Shown here: one piece after another, positions 1 through 8,600 of the stretch
Layout: every line of letters starts with the position of its first letter
Numbering within the stretch: position 1 is the first letter of the stretch
Assembly: GCA_018675395.1 (NCBI GenBank)
Contig: JABGYE010000254.1
Location: 1-62,383 of the forward strand
Origin: Akkermansiaceae bacterium
GTDB taxonomy: Bacteria > Verrucomicrobiota > Verrucomicrobiia > Verrucomicrobiales > DEV007
Reading direction: 5' to 3'
DNA: 62,383 nucleotides
Made by a program: the position numbers and the translations under genes
Notes under the pieces: generated by a model
What the model was told of the DNA's origin: nothing
Database searches by the model: none
What the model saw: the letters and a program-made list of their open reading frames with translations, nothing else

Positions 1-526
1 TGATGATACCTAATTTCTTTATCTTTGCGGGGCCTCCAGGTGCGATGTGAATTTTATTTTGTAATGTTTTTTCTATTTTCTTTAAGAGATCAGAACGATT
101 CATCTCTACATCAAAACGAAGCCCTGTATTGATCCCTTGCCAATCCAAAAATGGGATACCTTTTGTTAGCCCGATTGATTTTGCAAATAAAATATTATTG
201 CCAAATTTATTATGAATATCGAGTGGGATATGGGAGGAATAAATGGCCATTCCTGAATCCATTGCAGTTTTAATCTTTTTGTATAGGGCCCCATCGATTC
301 TTTGTGAGCCACCCCAGAATAGACCATGATGCACAAGCAGAAGGTCGATGTTTTCTTTTGCCGCTTCTTGAATTACAGGTAAAGCAGCGTCAACGGCTGC
401 GCCTACTTTATTAATGTTTTTTTTACCTCTTAACTGCAGACCGTTAATTGCCCCTGGATAGTCAGGGATCTGCTTATTTTTTAATTCTTGGTCCAGATAA
501 GCTACAATTTTGTCCAGCTTGTGCAT
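1..526 (-). CDS. Nif3-like dinuclear metal centre protein (YbgI/DUF34 family), N-terminal part; the gene continues past the left edge
   Basis: Absent from the ORF track because it is truncated. My own translation of the minus strand from the ATG (complement of 524-526) gives MHKLDKIVAYLDQELKNKQIPDYPGAINGLQLRG...IDLLLVHHGLFWGG...AIYSSHIPLDIHNKFGNN. This matches the conserved NIF3/YbgI blocks (DYxPNGLQ, VHHGxFW, HxPLDxHxxxGNN). Confidence 0.85.
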   Translation of the reverse strand, partial: MHKLDKIVAYLDQELKNKQIPDYPGAINGLQLRGKKNINKVGAAVDAALPVIQEAAKENIDLLLVHHGLFWGGSQRIDGALYKKIKTAMDSGMAIYSSHIPLDIHNKFGNNILFAKSIGLTKGIPFLDWQGINTGLRFDVEMNRSDLLKKIEKTLQNKIHIAPGGPAKIKKLGII

Positions 527-573
527 TTGATACTCTTGCGCACACTGCTCTTCACGTCTAGTCTCACCGTCCT

Positions 574-1689
574 ATGCTTAAAGCCGGAATAGTAGGTATG
601 CCAAATGTTGGTAAATCAACCTTATTTAATGCCTTAACGCGGAACCGAAACGCGGAAGCGGCAAATTACCCTTTTTGCACGATAGATCCAAATATTGGTG
701 TCGTTACTGTACCTGATCCTCGATTGGAGGTTCTCAGTAAAATGTCTGGTTCTGAGAAGGTCATTCCAGCTGCTATAGAATTTGTCGATATTGCAGGATT
801 GGTTGAAGGAGCTTCTGAAGGAGCCGGTCTAGGCAATAAGTTCTTGGCTAACATTCGTGAAACGGATGCCATCGTGCAGGTCGTTCGCTGTTTTGAAAAT
901 GATGATATTATCCATGAATTAGGAACGGTAGATCCGCTAAGAGACATTGAAATTATTAACGCGGAACTTATTTTGGCAGATCATGCATCGTTGACGAAGC
1001 GCCGGGTATCACGTGAAAAAAAATCTAGGGGAAATGACAAAGAGGCCAAGAGAGAACTGGAAGCAATTGATAAGATTCTGCCGCATCTTGACGAAGGTAA
1101 GCCGGCTATAACTGCAGATATAAACGATGATGATTATGAAATAATGAAGGAATTTTTCCTACTCACTTCGAAGCGTACAATTTTTGCATGCAATGTTTCT
1201 GAAGATGATCTTGCTGATACTATAAATAGCCCAAAGGACAACTCAATGGTTGCTAGAGTACAACAGTATGCCGAAGAGACTCATGGTGCAGAAATAATTA
1301 TAATTTCGGCCCGTATTGAGGAGGAGCTCATCGACGTATTACCTGAAGAGGCCAAGGAATTCTTGGCTGACATGGGAGTCGTCGACAGTGGTTTCTCAAC
1401 AATGATTCGTTCAGTATACAAGCTGCTTGGGCTCAGTACATATCTCACTACTGGTGAGAAGGAGACTAAAGCTTGGACCATTAGGAATGGAGCCAAGGCT
1501 CCTGAAGCGGCAGGAGTCATTCATACTGATTTCGAGCGAGGGTTCATTGCAGCTGAGGTATTACATTATGATGACTATGTACAATGTGAATCCAAATCTG
1601 CAGCCCGCGATGCTGGCAAACTTCGTATTGAAGGTAAGGAATATGAAGTGAAGGACGGGGACGTGATAGAATTCCGTTTTAACGTCTAA
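574..1689 (+). CDS. ychF: Ribosome-binding ATPase YchF (Obg-like GTPase family)
   Basis: 371 aa. N-terminal P-loop [18 protein letters not shown], then [10 protein letters not shown] and [10 protein letters not shown], and a C-terminal TGS-like end [17 protein letters not shown]. All are typical of YchF. Confidence 0.95.
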   Translation: MLKAGIVGMPNVGKSTLFNALTRNRNAEAANYPFCTIDPNIGVVTVPDPRLEVLSKMSGSEKVIPAAIEFVDIAGLVEGASEGAGLGNKFLANIRETDAIVQVVRCFENDDIIHELGTVDPLRDIEIINAELILADHASLTKRRVSREKKSRGNDKEAKRELEAIDKILPHLDEGKPAITADINDDDYEIMKEFFLLTSKRTIFACNVSEDDLADTINSPKDNSMVARVQQYAEETHGAEIIIISARIEEELIDVLPEEAKEFLADMGVVDSGFSTMIRSVYKLLGLSTYLTTGEKETKAWTIRNGAKAPEAAGVIHTDFERGFIAAEVLHYDDYVQCESKSAARDAGKLRIEGKEYEVKDGDVIEFRFNV

Positions 1690-1718
1690 AAAGCTCTAAT
1701 TACCGAATACCCCTGTCA

Positions 1719-2879
1719 TTAATCACTTTCATCCAAAGCGAAATGGATGTGAGGGGCGTATAAATCTGGTTCTAAGAGAAATGAATCATGCCCCTTTTCA
1801 GAGTGCACTGTTATATGCATAGGAGTAATGCCGCCTTTGCTTATGGCGGAAACGAGTTCTTCTTGCTGATCGGGGTAGAAACAAACATCAGAATTTATAG
1901 TGAAAATAAGATATTTTTGATGACTGCATCTACCAAACATTGTTGCGTAATCGCTGAAACCTGATTCATCTAATATGTTGAAATTTTGCCATGCATCCAT
2001 AATGCGGAGATAAGTGTTAGCATCAAAACGTTTAACGAATTTTTGTCCCTGGTGGCGCATATATGACTCGACCGGGGTTTGAATCTGATACCACGAAGAT
2101 TCTTCGGTTTCTTTCTTTACTTCTTTACTGGCGCGCCTTTCTAGAGTTGCTAGAGAGATGAAGACTTTGTGCCCGATCATTCTGGCAAGGGAAAGTCCAT
2201 CCTCAGGAGAATTGTTATCATAATAATTCCCGCCTAAAAAATTACTGTCAGATTCTATTGCTGTGATTTGTTCTAGGTTATGAATTCGCTGCAGGACGGA
2301 AGTTTTTATTCCACTGGCTAGAGCTACGATTGTTCTAACTCTTTCCGGATACTGTGTGGCTAAGCTAACAGCCATGAGTCCTCCTAAGGAGCTCCCTGCC
2401 ACTGCATGGAGTTGTTCTATTTCCAAATGATTAAGTAATTCAATCTGTGATTTGACAATGTCTTTGATGCTGATACGAGGGAACGAACCTCCAAAAGGTT
2501 TTCCGGTTTCAGGACTAATTGAACTTGGGCCAGTCGATCCGTAGCATCCGCCAAGATAGTTGGCACAAATCACACAATACTTATCTGTATCTAGGGCCTT
2601 GCCGGATCCAATAAAATCATCCCACCATCCTGTCTGACATTCTTTGTCCCATTCGATAGAGAGCCCGTCGATATTTTCCGTGAACCCAGCAGCATGTTGA
2701 CTAGCACTCAAAGCATGAAAGAGAAGAATGACATTATCTTTATTTTGAGACATTTGCCCATATATCTCATAGGCTAGAGTAAAATTAGTTAGTTTTTCCC
2801 CGCACTTAAGCTCAAAAGGAGCCTCTTCGTTACTAAAGTGGAAGAACTGAGTATTTGTCTGATCTATGCTATTTGGCAT
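1719..2879 (-). CDS. metX: Homoserine O-acetyltransferase (MetX/MetXA)
   Basis: 386 aa alpha/beta hydrolase with the MetX-like blocks ILLFHALSASQHAAG, WWDDFIGSGKALDTDKYCVICANYLGGCYGSTGPSS and a nucleophile elbow AGSSLGGLMA. Confidence 0.9.
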   Translation of the reverse strand: MPNSIDQTNTQFFHFSNEEAPFELKCGEKLTNFTLAYEIYGQMSQNKDNVILLFHALSASQHAAGFTENIDGLSIEWDKECQTGWWDDFIGSGKALDTDKYCVICANYLGGCYGSTGPSSISPETGKPFGGSFPRISIKDIVKSQIELLNHLEIEQLHAVAGSSLGGLMAVSLATQYPERVRTIVALASGIKTSVLQRIHNLEQITAIESDSNFLGGNYYDNNSPEDGLSLARMIGHKVFISLATLERRASKEVKKETEESSWYQIQTPVESYMRHQGQKFVKRFDANTYLRIMDAWQNFNILDESGFSDYATMFGRCSHQKYLIFTINSDVCFYPDQQEELVSAISKGGITPMHITVHSEKGHDSFLLEPDLYAPHIHFALDESD

Positions 2880-2943
2880 TGAATAAAGAGTGTAGTCTTT
2901 AAATTAATGATGACGAACAACGAATTTCGGGCGAATAAGCGGA

Positions 2944-3723
2944 ATGTCAGCTAAAAAATATACCGGACTTGAGGCGAAATTGTACGATCTTTTTCGAGGC
3001 AGTGATGATTTTGATGAGGTGGGATATTATGTTGATTTAGCAATGAATAGAGGAGGTAATTGCTTAGATGTGGGTTGTGGAACTGGTCGTGTCCTTGTTC
3101 CGATTGCTCGACAGGGAATAAAAATCACAGGTTTGGACAATTCGAGTGCCATGATTGACGAGTGCAGGAAAAGGCTTTCTGCGGAGGATGCCATAGCGGA
3201 TTTGATTGAGGAGGATATGACTAATTTTAATTATGAGAATAATTTTGATTTGATTATTATTCCTGGTGGGAGTTTTCAATTACTAGATGAGCGAGATGAT
3301 GCTTTAACAGCATTAAAGAATTTTCGAAAGCACCTACAACCTGAAGGTCTTTTTGTTATGAGCTTGTTTACTCCCTTTTACGAAATTTCTCATGAGTTTT
3401 TAGATGGAGTTTGGCGGTTGGAGAAGGATTCAAAAATTGAAGGCTCTGAGAGTCGGGCTTTATGTCATTCTTGCGTTGATTTAGATAGATGCGAAAACAT
3501 AATGGAAGTTCGTCATAGATTTGAATTAATCAATAATACTGGGATCCCTGAATCCTCGGAGATCAAGTTTTCTCGGTTAAGATGGTATGGGAAATACGAG
3601 ATTAAATTATTGTTAGAGAGTGCAGGATTTCAGCATGTTAGAATTTCTGGAGACTTTGAAAATGATGATATGAGGGATGGCCATGCCGTGATGTCGGTCT
3701 CTGCCGTCCCAGTGAATATATAA
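2944..3723 (+). CDS. Class I SAM-dependent methyltransferase, substrate unknown
   Basis: 259 aa. Motif I LDVGCGTGRVLVPIA and post-I acidic loop GLDNSSAMI. The stop TAA 3721-3723 lies 1 nt before the next ATG. Confidence 0.8.
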   Translation: MSAKKYTGLEAKLYDLFRGSDDFDEVGYYVDLAMNRGGNCLDVGCGTGRVLVPIARQGIKITGLDNSSAMIDECRKRLSAEDAIADLIEEDMTNFNYENNFDLIIIPGGSFQLLDERDDALTALKNFRKHLQPEGLFVMSLFTPFYEISHEFLDGVWRLEKDSKIEGSESRALCHSCVDLDRCENIMEVRHRFELINNTGIPESSEIKFSRLRWYGKYEIKLLLESAGFQHVRISGDFENDDMRDGHAVMSVSAVPVNI

Positions 3724-3724
3724 T

Positions 3725-5665
3725 ATGGCTGAGAATGTAAGAGAAGTTGCAGAGCGAATACTTTTCTCTTCTTCTTTGGAGGATAAATTATTACTAGGTC
3801 CGCGCGAAGCTATAGACAATTTTTGCGGCAAGGCTATCAAAACACCTCGGTTCCCTGAGCGTCCAGAATCATTGACAATAGGTGATCGTGGGAATCGTGC
3901 CGATTTCCCTGGTTCTAATCGGATCGCTGATGAAAAAGAGCGTGGCATCATGATGCACTTTTTGGCAAACCATGAACTCTTGGCAGCTGAATTAATGGCG
4001 CTGGTTTTGCTGAAATTTCCTGATGCTCCCAAAGATTATCGAGCTGGCGTTTATGAAGCGATGCGCGAAGAACAGATGCACACACAGATGTATTTTAGAC
4101 GCATGCGTGATTGTGGTATTTCTTTTGGGGAATTACCACTAAATGATTATTTCTGGCGCATCGTTTCTTCAGTGGATACGATCATGGATTTTGTCGTTCG
4201 AATGAATCTTACCTTTGAGCAAGCCAATTTAGACTATTCAAAATATTATGCTGAACAGTTTAGAGTCATTGGGGACACTGGCACCGCTGCAGTATTAGAC
4301 AAAATATATCAAGACGAGATTAATCATGTTGGTCATGGGCTTAAATGGTTACGGCATTGGAAAAGGGCAGATCATTCTGATTGGGAAGCATTTAATAGCT
4401 CTTTGCACTTTCCATTATCACCTTCCAGAGCAAAGGGGATGGTTCCATTTAATTCAGAGGGGCGTGTTGATGCGGGTTTTGATGATGAATTTATTTCTCA
4501 AATGAAGGTTTCTGGTCAATCTAGGGGAAGGACTCCAGTCGTGCATTGGTTCAACCCAAATGCCGAATGGTACTCTCTTGCCTCAGTTAGTGGGACCGAG
4601 TTTCGTGCTAATCGATTCGAAAGAGCGATCGAGGAAGACTTGGAAATTTTGATGCTTGCTTGGAGCCGTAAAGATGATATCGCATTGTTCCGTAATGTTC
4701 CTTCAGTTGAGAACTTAGAGAAACTACAAAGTATGGGGCTTGAATTGCCTGAAGTATTGCCTCTTGATGGTCTTGATGGTCGTAAGCTTGGAGGCTTACG
4801 ACCATGGGCCTGGTCGATAGATGCCTCCGATCACTTAAAACCCTATGGGCAGGCAGTATCGGATCGAGTGCCTTGGCAATGGAGAGAGCCAATTCCAGAG
4901 GCTTGGCTATCTAAAGAAATTGGTGTTAGTCTTGAGCAGGAGCTAGGTGTTCGAGATGAGGTAGGTGGATTTTGCAGAAATCTTAGTGAAGTAAATGATG
5001 TTTTGAGAGGGAATACAATTCTCTTTAAATCTGCTTTTGGCTGTTCTGGAAAGGGTCACATGATTGCGGAATCATTTTCTAAAGAGGTGCAAGTGTGGGC
5101 TGAGAGGAAGATTCAGATGCATGGATTCATTGTCGCTGAACCCTTATTACAGAGAGTTGAGGATTTTTCAGTTTTGTATGAAATACAAAATGGAGAGATT
5201 GAATGTCTAGGAATGACTCAGCTCATTAATGATTCGAGGGGACAGTTCAGAGGGATAAGATTGGCTCCAAGATTTAGCAAGATGCTTAGTCCAGAGGTTT
5301 CAGAATTTTTGTTTAAGGAAGTTGATTTTCTTTCTTGGTATAATGAAAAGATACCATCAACCATATTAAAGTTGTTACCAGAATATTGCGGTCCAGTTGG
5401 AGTCGATGCGTTGGTTTGGCGTGATGATGATGGAAGGTTAATGTTGAGGCAAGTGGTAGAGCTAAATGTCCGGATGACAATGGGAAGAGTGGCGCTCGAA
5501 TTACAAAAAAAACTCAACCCCAATGGATGGGCTGGGTTTAGTATTCAACGAAAGGAAAAATACAAAGGAGGAGGCGTTATATTAAATGATCCTGATGCAG
5601 CAAAGGAATTCTTGGCTGTTTGGGAATCTTATCAAGGTGATTCAATAGCTCTTATCCGGAAGTAG
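3725..5665 (+). CDS. Fusion protein: N-terminal ferritin-like di-iron domain (DUF455-like) plus C-terminal ATP-grasp-like ligase domain
   Basis: 646 aa in one uninterrupted frame. The N-terminal half has HELLAAE (83-89), EEQMH (115-119), FEQAN (164-168) and DEINH (197-201), which is E/ExxH/E/ExxH spacing. The C-terminal half has ILFKSAFGCSGKGH (432-445), FIVAEPLL (468-475) and VVELNVRMT (577-585), which is ATP-grasp-like. Confidence 0.6.
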   Translation: MAENVREVAERILFSSSLEDKLLLGPREAIDNFCGKAIKTPRFPERPESLTIGDRGNRADFPGSNRIADEKERGIMMHFLANHELLAAELMALVLLKFPDAPKDYRAGVYEAMREEQMHTQMYFRRMRDCGISFGELPLNDYFWRIVSSVDTIMDFVVRMNLTFEQANLDYSKYYAEQFRVIGDTGTAAVLDKIYQDEINHVGHGLKWLRHWKRADHSDWEAFNSSLHFPLSPSRAKGMVPFNSEGRVDAGFDDEFISQMKVSGQSRGRTPVVHWFNPNAEWYSLASVSGTEFRANRFERAIEEDLEILMLAWSRKDDIALFRNVPSVENLEKLQSMGLELPEVLPLDGLDGRKLGGLRPWAWSIDASDHLKPYGQAVSDRVPWQWREPIPEAWLSKEIGVSLEQELGVRDEVGGFCRNLSEVNDVLRGNTILFKSAFGCSGKGHMIAESFSKEVQVWAERKIQMHGFIVAEPLLQRVEDFSVLYEIQNGEIECLGMTQLINDSRGQFRGIRLAPRFSKMLSPEVSEFLFKEVDFLSWYNEKIPSTILKLLPEYCGPVGVDALVWRDDDGRLMLRQVVELNVRMTMGRVALELQKKLNPNGWAGFSIQRKEKYKGGGVILNDPDAAKEFLAVWESYQGDSIALIRK

Positions 5666-8600
5666 GTTTTTCTAGAAGTTAACGGGTCGGATGTTGAATA
5701 GGTTATATTGACAGTTCCGTCCCCGTTATCTGATTGTTTCTTTAAAATCAATTGCTTAGTAGGCGCGATCCAATTAATCAGATCAGTAGAACTTTCAATA
5801 ATTATTTCGTACCCTACAATATTTTTTAAACGCTTAATTTTGAGTTCGAATTTACCAGTCTCATTGGCTTGTTCTTGTCTCATAAATTCCTTAAATATTC
5901 TTGATTCAGATTTTCTTGGATCACTACCAAGTAAATATTCGAGAATGTTTGCAATGCCATCCGAATCGGCGTCCGCGAGAGGGCCCGATAGTGCATTGTC
6001 AGTAATTTCTTCAGGACTAAAAAACAGTTCCCTCCAGTCGAAATTATCATTATTTGTTATTCCTGGGGAAGGGGCTGCAGCTTTCCAACTCTTTGGATCT
6101 CCTGCATACTTGATAGGATGTGTCCTATGCAATGAGCTTCCTTGGCCATCGGCAGAAGTTGGCCAAGGATCTTGATCTGAGTATTCAGCAATATCAATAG
6201 ACACTTTCAGATCAGGTTCACCATTTATCGCGGACTTTTCCGGAATTCTTATTCTGATTCGCTCGCCTCCATTATCTAGGGAGCCAACAAAGGGTCCATA
6301 AATTGCTACCGTTTCTGGGACACTGTAATTATTACGGAAAGTGGTAGGATCTTCTTTAACGATGAGTAGAATGTGTTCAGGATTCAGAGTAGAGATTGGG
6401 TCATTAAATTGATAGTCTATGCCGCTAATCTCTGTGCCTTGAAGGTTAAATGTTGAAGATCCTATGTTCTTAATTTCGATGTATTCTGTATTATTATTTT
6501 CGGGGTGATACATTAATTCAGTGATTATGAGAGGACCTGATACAGGCTCGGAATTTGCAGAACCAAATGTCTGAGTCGACATAGGTTCGTATCGGATATT
6601 TCCATCTGAGGTTACGTGCCTTCCAATAGAGAATCCAGACCCGGAGTCTCCGAATTTGAATCCGTTTACGTAACCTAGCCTTTGATTGTTTGAATTGTTT
6701 GCAATCAGAAATACCTCTTCTCCGAATGAGTCTAATGCAAAATTTACGAAATCATTTTCAGTAAAAGTAGAGTAACCTTTCTCTGGCAATTGAACGCCAT
6801 TAGGTATCTTAAATTTGAGCTGATCTCGAAGGTCGTCAGTGAGTAACCATCCTGAGATGTTAACTGGAAAAGGATTAGGATTGTATAATTCTATCGTGTC
6901 CACTTGAGGTGGAACTGAATTACTTAGTACTTCGTTAATGAAGACATTTGGCAATTCAATTTCGAGTGCTTCATTAATACCTGGAGATCCAAGAAGTGTT
7001 CTGCTTTGGCGCCACCCATCTATTCCTAGGACAAGTGAATATCCTTCATTTGCAATGTTGTCAGGATAGGAGATTCTCTGGATGATATCTCCACCGGCCG
7101 TGATCAGTTGTATGTCCTCACCTCCGTTATTAAGTGCTCCAGAAAATTCTCCTGCTATTAAATAGTTTGTGTTAGAGCCATAATTTTTTTCAAATTCTTC
7201 AAGATTTCCGACGATGACCGTACTTTTTTTTGGTTCGAGAGTTAATCCAGGGAAAGTGAATTCGATACCGCTCTTAAAGTTGACACCAGTAAGAGATATG
7301 GGATTTGATGAAGTGTTTTGCAGTTCAATCCATTCGAAATCACTATTATTTGTTTTTGGCCCTGCGAAATCATAGGGGTCATACATAATTTCTGTAATCA
7401 CAAGATTAGAGGCTGAGGCTTGATCCTCATTGACTAGATATTCAATTTTTAGAGGTGCACTCCAACCAGTTCCTACTGGGGTCCGTCCAGAGCTGGTAGA
7501 ATTTCCTCCATCACTGTCAAAGGCCCTAGCAAAGAGTCGTGTTGTCTTTTGGAGAGTGATCGGACCAGTGTACTTGAAGCCGTTAGTGCCTCCGTCTCCA
7601 GCGTCTTCGTCAAATCCAGTGATAAGCTTAACTTGATTTAGGAAGTCACTACTTGAGGTGCTTTCATTGAGTGCGTGAATGGCGAGTAGGTTTTGGCCCG
7701 ATTTTAGCTGATTGATAAAATTACTAGTGTCGAATTTTTGAAATATAGTGGCCGACCCGTCATCATGAGTTTGAGTGGCTGATGAATTCCAGGTAAGATT
7801 CCCAGGTGCCTGCGAAGATGCGATTCGTGTGCCATTCAAATAAGCAACGAATCCATCATCATATCGCATTTGAAGAATCATGTAGTTCCATTTTTCAATA
7901 TCGGTCTGAGTTAGATCAAATTTAACTCTGATATAGCAAGAAGTTCTTCCGCTCATTTCGTCGTCAACATCTATGTTGATGTAAGGATCATATCCATTAC
8001 TCCTTTCATAACCCACGCCGTTCGTTCCTTGTATCCATGAACCGTCGTTGAAGTTTAAGTCTCTATACCATGATGAACTAATGTTGGAGGTTGGTACCAA
8101 TGCTCGGACAGCAATATTTTCATCAATAATTATAGTTCCATTTAATGGGTCTGATTGATCAGGTGGTCTGGGATCGCTTCCATCAAGGGTATAATAAATG
8201 TTTTGATTCCCTGCCAAGTTTGCGTTCAGTGTAATTTTTGTGCCTGGTGGATAAGATCCTGCTGTTTTATTCGTTGTTGGCCTTGGTGCAAATTGACCGT
8301 CCATCCAATCGAGACGAGTTCCTAGCCAGTCCTTGAGATGATTAATTTCTCCCTGATAGCTTCCGAAACGGGGCTGATCTGACCATCTTCGGAAATTTCT
8401 TGCCTGAGCCTCATTGAGTTCAGTTGCCATATTATCGATGATCGAATGTACGTTTGATGTTGCAAATGCACCTTCGCGAAGTTCGAAGTAGCGATCGATG
8501 TAAACTTGCCAGAAATTTTCGTTATCAAATAGAGATCCCCACCATGGGAAAGTAAAATAGGACGTTCCTCCGGACCATGTTGAAGGATTATTATCGCGCC

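Noticed and set aside
2880-2943. Possible SAM riboswitch (SAM-I, SAM-II or SAM-V) in the leader of metX
   Set aside because: Only 64 nt separate metX from the divergent methyltransferase start. That is too short for SAM-I, and I could not fold the minus-strand sequence into a convincing SAM-II/V-type pseudoknot. The only structure is a short CGAAATTCG palindrome. A covariance-model scan (Rfam RF00521, RF01826) would settle it.
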